Source: Tubiluchus corallicola (lineage: Eukaryota; Animalia; Priapulida). From it: a DNA stretch of 64,000 nt. The number at the start of each line of letters is the position of its first letter. Position 1 is the first letter of the stretch. Positions 1-13,247 of this stretch are shown in pieces. The stretch lies in assembly GCA_030141605.1 (NCBI GenBank), contig JAQGDQ010002372.1:682001-746000 (forward strand), read 5' to 3'. Under the pieces are notes generated by a model, which was not told the origin of the DNA, searched no databases, and was given only the letters and a program-made list of their open reading frames with translations. A program made the position numbers and the translations under genes.

Positions 1-353
1 AAGTCCCAGTTTATGCTTTTGCTCAGAAACAATACTACTATCGTAGGCTGCGTAGTAAAATCTGTCAATCATGTCCCATATATGGAGATTCCGAACATTT
101 ACGAATATGTCGTCACGCTTCCGTTAGCCCGCCTACGGCTGCCGAGTGCCATATACGGAAGTTGTCGTGGTTAGCGATCGATTGAGCAAGACGCGTTCAC
201 CAATCAGAAACTAGTCACATGATCATGCCGCTGATGATGAATGAAAAGTTGTAGACTTGTGATGAGTACATGCACCTGTGATAGTAATCGTACATTACCA
301 TTCCAATGGTGAACTCCATGCAGTCAACTTCGACGGGTGCTCCAACAGCCGTC

Positions 354-3300
354 ATGCCTCGTGTTGTGCCTGATCAGAGGACAAAATTTGAACAAGAAGA
401 ACCTTTTAAGCGACTTAGCAGAGAAAGTGAGGTGATGCTTTTTCTTTCATTCGTGTCATTAGTTCAGGACTATGTGTAAATATCACATTTTAGTAACTTC
501 AACAGCGCGTGTTTAATTATTTCAAAATGACATCTATGTACATTTACTATATGCGGGCTACCTACTTGTGTCAATAGTTGCTTAGTCATTACTAATGCCA
601 CGCATTGACGTTTTGCCTGTTTCAACTTGTTTAGCTGTGAAGAATGTAATATTGTGCTATTGGTTCACTGACTAAGATGAGTTTAGCCAGACTCGACCCC
701 GTATATGCTACGCAGTGTCCACTGTTCATTATGGTGATATGTAATGTGATAGTACTTACAATATATCACATTGCACCAATGTGGTAAAATTACGAAGTGT
801 GTCATTCTTGCCTTACTTTGAGCATTCAAGCACGTGCTACTCTGAAACATATTAGTGATGATGCTAAATGTTCAACGATTAGCACATTCATGTGCGAGTT
901 TTATGTTAATCAACGCAGTTTTTCGTCACATCGTCATAATCACTTTTAGTGTATTGTGAATTTGTCATAGCCTTTTTAGTGTATGATGTCATTTGGTGGT
1001 ATGGAGGGATTTAGTGTAATTTTCTTATTTCTGCTTCTTCGTACAATCGTTATGTAATAATACATCATTAACAATAATTAGGTCTCTAAACTCACAGAAA
1101 GGGAACATAACTCGTTAGGACTACACTATTTTTGCTTATGTTATACAGTTATGTTCTCTAGAACGGATCGGACAAAATTTTATATGAAATGTAGGTTTCA
1201 GCGAACAGCGCACTGCCTGGCACGCTTCTATTAATCGAACTTCTCACTATCGTTACTTAAAAAGCTATGCTAAATTAATGGTTTACTTTGTTACAGGTGA
1301 GATACACTGCATTTAGAGATAGACCTCACGAAGAAAGGATAGTCAGATTTGAAACAGGTTGTAGAGAAGGACATGCAGAAATAGTAAGTTGTCGTGTTTT
1401 AGACTTTCGCTACTTTATTAAAATCTCCTACTTTTTAAAACCAGTTAGCATTGCATTTAATATATTTATCGCAGTTTGGAAAACTAATTTTCTTCCTACT
1501 TTTCACAGGCTTTTGTCACGTCTGGAACAAACCTGGAACTTTGGTTTGCGCCTCCCGGTTGGACAGGAAACCGCGAACTTGAACCTTACAGAGGTTGGGC
1601 AAATTTCGATTTAGAACATGGCAAGGTAAGGGCAATATCTCATTATTAATTACAGTAATAGCCAGTAACAATGACGTTGATAAGGGCAGTCAAATTTGGG
1701 AACCGAAAAGTGAAAAATACTTCTCATTTTTTCTTTCACACCATTTTATTTCTCGATATAATTATACAATATTTGTGTTTTTTTTTCGTTTTATGTATAT
1801 TTTTTGCTTTTGTTTGTCTGTTTGTAAATATGAAAGTGCTTGCCATAGTAAACAATAAAACCAGCATGATTGTTTCCTTGCCTTGAGTAGCATCATATGG
1901 ATGAATGAGTAATGCAGTCATGACACATACAACTCACATCAGTCACTAACGCATTAACTCAAGCGATACATTGAATCATAAATTTGCAATTGATGTTATT
2001 TTGTATTCGATGTTTCTTCTTCGCGAGCAACTGGCTCATCAAATTTCAAGAAACAGAATCTTCTGTTACTTGCAATCTCAGAAGCCTTTTGAAATCCGTT
2101 ACAACAAACTGATAAACGGCTTGACGCTGCCATGTGCTGATCTATTCAAAATTCGGTGCGGTTATGGGGATCCGTGTTTGGTGGACAAACCACCAGTTTG
2201 GAAATTAAGGTCACGAGTTAAGGTCAACTGAAAATCAAGTCCATAGGTCGCCTAACGTGAGTCTATTCGAGATAAAGCAAAATCTTAGCTCACTGCTGAT
2301 ATGTGTCGACAAGCTTTTACATTTATTTGTAAGCATTTACTGATATTATTAATTACTTGTGGCAAACAGCTAAAAAAATTATACACAGTGCATAAAACCT
2401 TGGGACTTTCTTGTTCTACATTAATTTATACGTAATTTAATTCTTAATTTTACTAAAGCTTTTTAAATGACTATGGCTGGCCATAAACTACTTTAGAGTG
2501 AGTGATTCAGCTGCAAATAAAGTTTACAACTTCGCTTACTCATAGATTTTTACTTCTTCAAGCAGCGTCTATAGCAAACTGATATTACATAGTTTCAAAC
2601 TGACTACTATCGACTATCGTGTATAGATTAAATGTTGTTATTTCTTACTAAGCGGCCAGTTAGAGTTTCGGGAAGTTTATCATTCGTATGCTGTTTGGAT
2701 ATGTTTAAGATGTTTGTTTTAGAAGTGCATAGGGCTTGTTTGACTCTTATTCACGTACTTTTCCAAGAACTGGCGCTCCGTGCGAGCTGCCGCATTACAA
2801 CGAGGTGATGCAACACCACCTCGCGAAGCCTACCAAGTTTGCAGCGAAAGCCTGAAGCCGTATGTGCAGTATGCAGCATCCATGCGTAGTGTATTTACAT
2901 ATTCTACAACAATTAATATCTTTTTTATTTGCACTTTTATACTATTTACATATGTTTGCATGCATTATATAGTAATGTGCCATGGCGTGGAGCTACATAG
3001 ACGGGGAATAAAACGATTTTTTGTTAAAACAGGCAAACCAACAGCCGTCGAAATTGAATAAATTATTTAAAGAATAAAAAATTTATATAACAAAATATAT
3101 GACTTAAATTAAAAAAGATATTTAAAGTAGAGTACCTCCTTTGCTCAATTCGGCACACTAACATCCCACAAAAAGCGAGTATTCATCACTGGACCTACTA
3201 AGCGAGGATGGACGTAGCGAGACCGGAACCTCGTTCATTATCTACATTATGCCTCTAAGATAAGACATTGAACGCAGAAGTGTCTTAGCAACGATAGGAC

Positions 3301-6300
3301 GGGAAAACATCCACCTCAACGAGACCAACGTCATAATTAGCAAGGCAAATGATACCGACTCAACTTTAGCGAATTCAGAGGAACCAGGTTACCAGCCTAT
3401 TTTCTAACCAGCACGTGCGTTGCTTAACTGCACTTACCAAGCAAGTGCTGTAATCACTCGACTTTTCACCTGTCCTTATAGTTACTATTTAGTTCAGAAG
3501 ACGTTTATGTCGTAAAGTCGTGGCAGTTGTGTATTAAATTACGGCAAGTTTAAGAATTACAGTACAGATACACAGCCTGTAAGACAAACCAGCAAATACT
3601 GCATTGTAATTAATCAGTAATTCAATAAATGGAAGGTATTTGCTCTAGAAGGTAACTGCAAGCTTAACTGCAACTTGTTTTTCGAGATACAAAAATATCA
3701 GCGCGTAAAGTCTGCGCTGCATTAATAATGTTTACAGATAAGACGAAGCTTGACCGGGTAAATTTGCTACAGCGAAATTGCGACTGTTATGGAAGTTACA
3801 AAATTAGTACCTGGCTGATCATTCACTCCTGGCGATTGCGCATCATCAGCAAACAGACATCTCAGTTCCGCCAAAATGTAACAGCTGCCGTGGCTACCTC
3901 CTAGTCCTTGTCAAATATTTAATTTGTTAGTTTATTCACGTGGGCGTTTTGAATATCGATGCTTGCGTTTTCCATTACGGTTAATCTGGTTACGCGTGAC
4001 GGTTTCCCAGCATCCCTGGTAATTTGAGGATGATACTCTGGAAACCCCTGATGTTTTTATCCAACTAGTCTCTCTCATAAACACCTGCAGGTGTACCTAC
4101 CGCTACATTTGACAAGCTTTAATGCATTTGACGTGAAGTGAAACACTTTAAAAACAGCAATTTCTTTTCTAAAACGAGGAGCATTCTCGCCAATTAAGGT
4201 ATTACCTGCCTGGGATTGACTGCCTGGGGACACCTGTTGCTTATCTACATTTGAAGTACCATTTGTCCAATCCGGTCATTGTTACCTGTGCAGTGATCTG
4301 TGCAAGAACGGTTTCTCTGTCATCTGTGTTGTAGGTAAACAGATTTAGAGAAAATTCGACGTCTAAACAGACAAGATGCGTTACATACCTGCCTAATTGA
4401 CGATAAACTGTTAGTAACTTGAAAATTCGTTAAAAATCAAAAAATGTTAACTGATGTGAAAACAGTTTTTTAAATAATATGCGCCATTATAGAAGAATTC
4501 AGCTAGCAGAAGCTAACAGAGAATGAAATGACAGGCAGAAAACAGAAAGAAAGAGATATACAGACAGACAGAAAGCAGACAGTTAGAGGGAGGAAAAAGC
4601 ACTGAGACAGAGAGAGAGAGAGGTCGAGATAAGAGAGAGATAGTTAGCGACAGGTGAAGACAAAAAGAGACAGGGAGACGGGCACAGAGAGAGGGGATGG
4701 GAGGAATTGGAGGGCCAAAGGAGACAGTTATGCCTTCACAGCAATTGCTGCACTTGTCAGAGAAAAGTACAAGTGTCATTAAAATCTCGCAGTAATGTAA
4801 TATGGCTTGTGTTTTAGTGAAAGTATAGCAAAACTCTACTTGGATACACGATGCTGCCATTAATTTGACGTCAAACATATTGGTCTAGCGCTCCGCCTCC
4901 GCTGTAACGTAAGCACGCTCAGCGGCATTCGGCACAACAGCTCACGCTGGACAACAACTGTCTCAACTAAACTAAACTAAACTAAACTAAACTAAACTAA
5001 ACTAAACTAAACTAAACAGCATAACGGTCACAACTAATGTCTAATCAGCAGATAAACTCATTGTACTTTTTTATAAACACAAATTTGCAGAGCAGCAGCT
5101 AATTTTACACGAAATTAACACTTCAAGTAGCCAAAAATGACTTATCAGTTTAAACATAATATAGAGACGAAGTTTCAAAGCCCTACAAAATAAAGAGACA
5201 TAAGTATAATGAAGAAACTAAGCTAGTTAGTCTTGCTTTACAATAAATGAACAACAAAAATATTAAGTCTCTCTTGCCTTTGAATATACGAACATCATTC
5301 ATGCCTACTATGTCTTTTTTTCCTACATTAACTGATTATGTGCTCGTCTGCAAGATTTATTTAGTTTTTGTATTTTTCCGTTTGGTAGGCTAAGGAAAAT
5401 GGAACAAATTTGATTGTTCCATTCCATAGACGACCCTTATATTGAATGCCCGAGTTACATAATCCCAATGGCATCTTCAAACCATGATTATAACCAGAAA
5501 AGTAGTGTAAAATTAACTAATATTATATTGATTTATGATATAGATTTTGACCACATTTAAATTAACTCTGACTGCGAAGATCTCATTGAGGTTTATAAAA
5601 ACTGGGCGGAAAAGAAAACATTTTGTTTTGTCCTAATTTAAAGTTAATCATATACCGTAAAACGGGGTGAGTTCGCCACCCGAGGGTGAGTTCGCCACCC
5701 CTTACGTATTGGCCATTGTAGGTTTGCTGTAACTATTGTTCAGTGTTTAATGAACAGATATCATGATCACCGTCATTATAAGCAGTTTACGACAGTTATC
5801 TTCTTTCAATTCGCACTAGAAGTATTCCATTCTGCGCTACATATTATTTGTCTACTATTTCTTGCTACTTAACATGCCACGCACCTGCACCCCTGTACCG
5901 GGTCATAGATACCAAAATTATACCCCAGAAGCTCTGGAAGCTGCCCTACATGCCGTCAAGAATACCAACAGGACAATCAGCCCAGCGGCGAGGCAATTCG
6001 GAGTTCCAAGAAAGACCCTTTCTGACAAACTCTCAGGAAGTCATCCCCGGAAGACCGGAGGTCAGCCAGTGTTCTCCGCCGCCGAGGAGCACGAAATCGC
6101 CAACACTCCCAGTGGCCGCTGAGTGGGGGTTCCCAATGGCTGCCATCGATCTCCGACTAGTGATTAAGAGTGTTCTTGACGCGAAGGGAATCCAGGAACG
6201 ACGATTCAAGGCAAACACCCCTGGAATAGACATTGTCAAATCATTCGCCCGAAGGAACAATCTGGTTTTCAGAGTGGCTGGCAACATCAAGGGCGCCCGC

Positions 6301-9300
6301 GTGAAGATCAGTGCAGAAGACGTTCAAGCCTTCCTTGCCAATGTAGAAGTTTCTATTTGAAAACTAAAACTAGACATTTTTTATAATTTTTTCATAGGGT
6401 GGCGAACTCACCCCCAACCAGCCAATCACAACCAGTTAATTTCAGCTGCCTAGAATGGCATTAAACAGTGTTAAATTGTTAGTGGCGAATTCACCCCACG
6501 ATAGTGTTTTATTCGAAGGGCAATATAAAGCTTGAACTAAGAAAATCGGTTTGGTAATTCTCTTGCTATGGCAGGAAACGTAAAAAAATACCCTTAAAAA
6601 GTGGCGAACTCACCCCGTTTTACGGTAGTTGTTTTTATCTAACTTGCAAAGCCGTGAAGTAAACTAAACTGCGTATTTTCTTGACTGTAAAATGATTTAG
6701 TCAGCAACTCACAGACGTTAAACGTTGTGCGTTTCTTCCCATAAACGAAACTAAACTATATATTTTCACTAATTCATTTGCAATTTCAATTGACAATAAT
6801 AAAATCTAGAACCAGGCCAATATTTCTCCCACTGACTAATGAAAAGTTGAGCATTTTTCATAACAGTGTTAGACGCAGCTTTAGCTCAATGTCCCGAACG
6901 TACCTGCGTTATTTAAACTCTGCAGGTGTGTGAAATAAATTGCACGCTGATTGGACGATTAACGAAAATGATTGACAATACGTTAGATGTCAATTCCTTA
7001 ATGATACATGCAAGTGTGTGCCTCGGTCCCACCACTGTCTTTCCATAATAGTGTAGCTACGATTTTTGTCCCTCGGAGCTATAATAAATGCAATATGCTA
7101 TATGCCTTTGATTATATTAACCTTTGACGTAAAAACCTGTCTAATGGACGAATATCCGTATCCGCGTTCATGGTTTCTTCATTATCTAACTTGTGCTTTA
7201 TTAAATCCGGCTTTAATCCTGTATATTGTTTTTACGAATTGAATGGAAAGTTTATTTTAAGCGACACAAATACTGTTTTTCAAACTGCGTAAGCAGTGGT
7301 AATAACCTAACATACAAGCTACTTGTCGCAAACATACCTACTTTAGATCCTTTATACAGAACATAAATAAAGACACACGCATACCTTTAGTTATTTATAG
7401 TGTAACAAACTAACTCCTCCAGGTTTCGCCAAGTTTATTGCAGGTGTCATTTGGGATTTTTGAAGGTTTGTCTAACAAATTGATCACCACTTTAGTTTTC
7501 AAGACTCAACGGAATACCTAGCTCATGAAAGTGTAATTTTGATTCTAACAATACTTTCCCTATAATATATTTAACTGCAGTGCCAGTCAGCAATAACAGT
7601 GACGGGCTTTATTCTATCACCTTGATGTTTTAAACAAACCTTCTTTCGGGCTCTTTGTATGTCATGATAAATATAACCGTATTTGTGTTTTCCTAGTTCT
7701 ATAGTTTGGAATGCAAGTGTTATTTGGCTGAATTTCCGATATGACCCCAGTTGAGATTATTGTGGCCCGTTTCCTGTACAATTCCTTAACATTTTAAAAC
7801 TACAACCCAGACGATTGCTTGAATACCCTTTGCAATCCGAAAAATCTCTGCACTAACAATCGAGTTGAAAGTTTGACAGAGTTACTCCAGCATATATTGC
7901 ATTAATCTACCTTATAACAGCATGCTGAAAGACGGCAGTATGTTTAAGGATGACTATTATAATGTTATGCTGATAATGTAGTTGTTCAACTTGAGCGATG
8001 GAGCGGGGAAAAGCTCTCCAAAAATGTTCTTTGTCCAAAAATGCAGATAATGGCCAATGCAAAAAATTTATTTACTGTCAGTCTCCATTCTTCGATTATA
8101 CAATTTGGGAGCAAGTCTCTGGGGAGGGAGGCTAATTCTGGCTATCGTTACATTACATCACTTAATTTATCCATAAATTCTTGCACCGAACTGCTTACAA
8201 TACCTTGTTATGATTACTGGCATTTTTCATTTCTTATTCTGCACAGAAACTTGAGCGGAAAAAATAAGTGTTAAGTAACGGGAAATCAATGCAAAATTGT
8301 CGCATAATACCAGGTGTAGCCCTTTTTTATCTTCACGGCATCACGAAACAGTATCAGCTAAACCCATATACATACACCCGAACGTTGCTTTTTTTGTTCA
8401 ATACGCGATGAAGAAACGTTACCAACAACGTATATGTGCTAAGTTACTCTTAAGACATTTTCCAAACTGGAGCAAAATAAAACTATATTTTATTTCTGTT
8501 ACACTGTAGATGTATGGCAAAATCTCGATGTTGGTCATTTGACCAACTATGCGTTTTTATACCGCCCCATACCGTGTCGCAGAAGATCAACTCGCCATCT
8601 GATGTCCCCGATGCAGTCCTTGTTTACGAACTCTGTGTTTCGAACGCTTGATATTTTTTGTACTTTTTTTAAAAAAAGAAAGATCTGTTTCCGAGGATAC
8701 CCTATAGTTTCAGCTAAATAGGTGCTCGTTAGTTGCATGGTTTAGATTAGGAAAATGAATATTAAAGGATGCATTTTAATTATTCAAAATTTTTCATTTT
8801 CTTTATTCTAGGTACACATCTTATCACATTTTATTTTGGATGGTGTGTGCGTACGCTGGCGAGGATGGATAGACTCACAACGATTAGACGGTATAGGATG
8901 GCTTGAACTAGACGAAGAACGAGCGCGAGTAAGTCCCGAAAGCTTATTATAAACTGTGTCGTATTTATTCATTAAGCGTAAAACTAAATCTACTATTACA
9001 TGGTTCAGAGAGTGTCACTGATGAAAGCCGCCCATAAAGCAATTTTCATATTCTAAATCAAATACGTCAGCTGATGTTCTATAGCTAGCTAGACTTCTCT
9101 AGAATTATTTATTAGGTAACGATATTTTTAGATGTAAAAGCTTTTACAACATCCATCATTAAACGTTGTAGCTGGTTCAGCATAAACGAGTTTTTGTCGT
9201 TAAGGAAATTTGTGAACTTTTTAAATACACATAAAAATTTGTTTATTACTTTTTATATATCACATAGGCCTATACATAAATGTCATGAATTAATCATTTT

Positions 9301-11140
9301 CATTTTTCCTTTAATTTTCATTGCATTTGTTACAACCTTTACCGAACCTTTCTTTGTTATATATGCGAAATGTCGACCTCCGTTTAATAATGTCCATCTG
9401 TTTAATAACACTTCAAGAAAATACAAACAGAGAGGTGATAATAGGTGAATATAGAGCTGAGGAAGTTTCAATGGTTCATCTTATATCACAGTTCAACATA
9501 TTTAGCTGCGATAATTACTGTATAACAATTAAACGCTCTTTATTTTGCATAACGTCATTACTTATTTGACTTTCGTTATCATTATTTTGATCAATTCATC
9601 TTAGTCAAAATTCAACAGGTGTGCTAAAAACGATACAGCCATCTGCGATATAATGGTTAGCTTCGCTTGCGATTAGATCATCAAATTACAGGTATTCATT
9701 TGAAATCGGCTGAATTATATAAGAGACCTTTGTATCTGGGGTTGTCACCAGCTCGTTGCTAACAACGAAAATGAATACGATTTAAACTAATTAAACAAAG
9801 TGCGCGTGCCGGTACCTTAGAAGTAATCCATTGTTATACCGCGGTGTGACGGTTGTGTTTTGGTTACCATTCACAAGCCACTATTCAATTAACAGTGTTG
9901 CGGAGTTATAATATTTATGAAATACACTGTAAAACGTATTACCATCCAATCAATAGAAATGTCTCAAACTTGACTCGCGAGTAAAAATTTACGATTTTTT
10001 TAAATATGGGAATTGTGATAAAAGCGCGTGAGCATGAATTTATAGGCAAACAAAGTATACATCAATTTTTTGGTAATTGCAAAAATTGTAAACACACAAG
10101 TATAATGTCAGTATAGCCCAACCAAAACACAAATTTAGTATGAAAACAAAATTGATTAAATGCATTACTACTATAGTGACTACACTTCCTTTTCAGAATG
10201 AAGACGTGATATTACAGGAACAAGTAGAACAATACAACAGACGTTTACGAGAGTTTGAAGAACGACATAGAACTTATAAAGAAGAACAAAAATTAGTAAG
10301 TTTCAATGTTTCAGCAAATTAAGCTACTGCCTATTTGTATTTTGACATTATTTGGAGGTGAAAAGTTGAGTAACTACGATATGCGCATATAGCGAATGAA
10401 GTTAAACAATGCCGAGCTTGGTTAACGAATGGGTGGCAGCCGAGAAATATGTTTCTGGGACGTTTTGCCTACCATATTGCTCTGGCTGTTTATATTCCTG
10501 ACCAGTGGTGCGTTACTTTCTGAACTCCGTTATGTGAGGTGCACCTCTATCGAATCTGATGTTTTTTAAACAGTTCAGAACGAATTGTGTATCGGATTTC
10601 GCATTTAACTGTAGATATATGCTCAACCCAATGGCTGCTTAAACTTTCAGATTTCTCTAAACCTTTACTTACTTTTACAAAATGTTTTCCTGTGACAAGT
10701 TTATAATATAGTATGAGCAAAAAGTCATCATAGTCGAAGCAGAGGCCAGAGAATGACATTTGCAACCTGAAATAAACTGGGATTGGTGCCCACTGCCCAT
10801 ACATTAGAGGAGCGTCTAACTCTGAGTCACCACGATGCAGTGTCCGTCTGGGAGGAAATGAGATACTCTTTTGCTAGAAAGTCAGTGACTCAGACTTCAA
10901 AAAGTAAACTGTTGCCCTTGTGTAGGTAGTGAAGGAGTGGCCTAATACATGTATATCCTTACTCTACGTTCCATGTAAACGGTAGAGATTAAGACGTTAC
11001 TTAATTTCGAATAAACACACAACGTTTGCGTCTTGTGCATTACATTTTACAAAGTTATTTTATCTTTTTTTCAGTTAACAGTTCCCGAATCAGACATAAG
11101 AAAAATGGAACTGGAAGGCAGCGAAAGCGACAGCAACTGA
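354..11140 (+). CDS. CBFB: Core-binding factor subunit beta (CBF-beta / Brother / Big brother-like RUNX cofactor), 6 coding exons, 187 aa from ATG 354 (203 aa if in-frame ATG 306 is used)
   Basis: Exons read by hand, all GT-AG and all phase 0: 354-431 (MPRVVPDQRTKFEQEEPFKRLSRESE), 1297-1383 (VRYTAFRDRPHEERIVRFETGCREGHAEI), 1509-1625 (AFVTSGTNLELWF...DLEHGK), 8812-8928 (VHILSHFILDGVCVRWRGWIDSQRLDGIGWLELDEERAR), 10197-10295 (NEDVILQEQ...RRLREFEERHR...), 11075-11140 (LTVPES...SDSN*). MPRVVPDQR and GVCVxWxGWIDxxRLDG are recognisable CBF-beta motifs. The last exon is the least certain. Confidence 0.95.
4965..5017. repeat. (AAACT)n pentanucleotide microsatellite, about 10 units
   Basis: Perfect actaa/aaact tandem array in CBFB intron 3. 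Confidence 0.95.
5655..6625 (+). mobile_element. Non-autonomous pogo/Tigger/Fot1-type (Tc1/mariner superfamily) DNA transposon, 971 bp, internally deleted
   Basis: Perfect 25-bp TIRs CCGTAAAACGGGGTGAGTTCGCCAC (5655-5679 and inverted 6601-6625), flanked by TA on both sides (5653-5654, 6626-6627). Extra copies of the GGGTGAGTTCGCCAC core at about 5685, 6398 and 6482. Confidence 0.93.
5874..6360 (+). pseudogene. Truncated, frameshifted pogo-type transposase: psq-type HTH plus CENP-B-like HTH, no DDE domain
   Basis: Frame 1 gives YTPEALEAALHAVK...AARQFGVPRKTLSDKLSG...GGQPVFSAAEE (HTH_psq-like). A second frame continues AAEWGFPM...DLRLVIKSVLD...RFKANTPGIDIVKSFARRN...RVAGNIKGAR. The frame change is near 6100-6120, and the ORF stops at 6360. 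Confidence 0.85.
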
Positions 11141-11179
11141 CAGTAACTGACCGCGTAGTGTGTACATATAGCCCTTTAC

Positions 11180-11600
11180 AATCACTACATAGAAATGTTG
11201 GACAGCGTGTAACAGTTACTGATGGTTACTAGTACGTGGCATACAATTTAATTTAACCGTTCCATACTACAATTGTGATTTTTTGTTTCTGTAATAAACT
11301 GAATTGCCACTTCTTTAACTATAAGTGTAACAGTGCTATGTCACTGACATATAAAAAAATAACATGACATTCAGATATTCACATGCCAAACTAGTATAGC
11401 AAAGTGACAGCGATCAATTTACAGTCACTGGTCGCTACCACATAGAAATGTTGCACAGCGTCTAACAGTTGCTGATTTTTGCTAGTACATTGCGTGCTAC
11501 TTAACTTAACCGTTCCACATTATAATTACATGATTTTTGCCCGTTTAACTGTAAGTGTATCACATATCAAAAATGTCATTCTGATATTCATATGCCAAAG
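11180..11600 (+). repeat. Diverged tandem duplication (about 250-bp period) in the CBFB 3' UTR region
   Basis: catagaaatgttggacagcgtgtaacagttactgat...aaccgttcca...gatattcacatgccaaa (about 11188-11390) recurs as catagaaatgttgcacagcgtctaacagttgctgat...aaccgttcca...gatattcatatgccaaa (about 11440-11600). Confidence 0.8.
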
Positions 11601-13247
11601 TAAACTAAGCTAAAGACTAAGTATTTCTAGGCCTCTTTCTAACTTTGTGTTTACATGACAAATTGAGCATCACACGAAAAAGTGTAGTAGTATGCTGCAG
11701 CAAAGTTCAATAAGTGTAAAACACTAAGAAAGTACTGTTACTAGGCTCTACTGAAGTCGCAATTTTACAGTATACGCATATACTTTAGCAGCATAAGTTA
11801 AAAGCATTTGTTGTAATCAGCTATACAGAACTTTTATTTAATTAAGCAGGATAAATCCAGAATGAATGTCTTTTGTCTTGCCATTGCGCCAAAGTGAGAT
11901 ATACATGTATTTGTAATATGTAAATGTGCTAAAAAGCAGTTATTAATTTATTCCCGCGCCAAAATTCGAGCGATTTTACAAACTTTTTGAAATTGTTTTG
12001 CCAAAAACTGATAGTTGTGAGAATTTATTTCTGTGTGAAACTTCTCAACCACGAAACAGAAAACAGGAACGCTGTCAAATTATAATTTATATGAAGTCTG
12101 TAATTCCCATAACAATTGTGTTTTGATAGTGACCATTTACTTTCATACAAGAAAATAATGGAATATTCTTCTTAACTCTTGGTCTGTGGACCTGTAGCAG
12201 CCCGAAAAAATATAGTGGTCTACTTAAACAATTTACCAAAAATTTCATCTGTATGCAAAAATCTAGCAATCGCACATTATTATGATTTCTATGCGGTATT
12301 TCTCAGTATTTCAAACACTGTAAATCGGTTTTTAATTACTGGTATTCAACCGAAATTTACATCACGTTTTCATCACCGCATTTACTTACAAGTTGTAAGT
12401 AACCTCGAGGTCTCACACGACTTTTCTGCTAGAACATGTAACGTTTACCATGTGATTATAGTTATTATTTATTATTTAAATTTCTATTTGAATGAATGAT
12501 GATAAATTGTATTATGTTCTTCAGCATGTATGATTATGAACTTTCAAACTTTAAGCTGACAACTAAAGTAAGTGAAAAGAGTGCGTCACAAATTCACAGT
12601 TTTAAATAATTATTTCTGTGTGGGCGTCTGTCAAACCCGTGGATGTAGTATTTGGATTATCTTGCAACTTAGCATCTTCTCACTTTGCAGTGAAAAACCT
12701 AAAGTCTCCATAGATAGTAATGGGGGGCTTTCTGAAATTAAATCAAAAGATATTTCATAATAACTACGCGCTTATTATTATAGTATATTACAGTGTTATG
12801 CAGAGATGCACACCGAACTAAATATTAAGTTGTAGTATTTCTCCTGTTCGCTACATAGGTTTTTCACTTGTTCTCACAATCACTTAACATGTTGCACTGT
12901 AAATTTGCCTTTTATTTGCACAAATAATTGTGTTGTTCTTAAGAGCACAAAAATGCGTAAAAAATTTGTGGTTTATTTAATATATAGATAAAAAATTTAT
13001 ATATTAATTTGCTGCAAATATCAAAAGTGTATAGAATTTTTACTTATGAGAAATTCCCGGTACAAAATGCAGGCATTAGCTATATACAACTTCAATGTTC
13101 CATGACATTTTTTGTACGTGTATCTATATCTATTTATATCATAACGTATTATGTAGGTAATTGTTATATTCGTTGCTATAATGTTATTGATTTGTTTAAT
13201 TTGTTTAGTTGTCTTGACGTAAGATCATAATGTTGCTTTTAGTACTA

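Noticed and set aside
738-776. Imperfect inverted repeat TGTAATGTGATA...TATCACATTGCA in CBFB intron 1
   Set aside because: Short AT-rich stem, plausible by chance; no miRNA-length hairpin.
2771-2890. GC-richer patch starting TGGCGC (PBS- or SINE-like) and ORF 2780-3061
   Set aside because: No LTR pair, no A/B boxes and no protein motif recognised.
5655-6625. Repeated GGGTGAGTTCGCCAC units as a CRISPR-like array (likewise the repeats at 31610-32524)
   Set aside because: Irregular spacing, mixed orientation, TIR/TSD context, eukaryotic locus and no cas genes.
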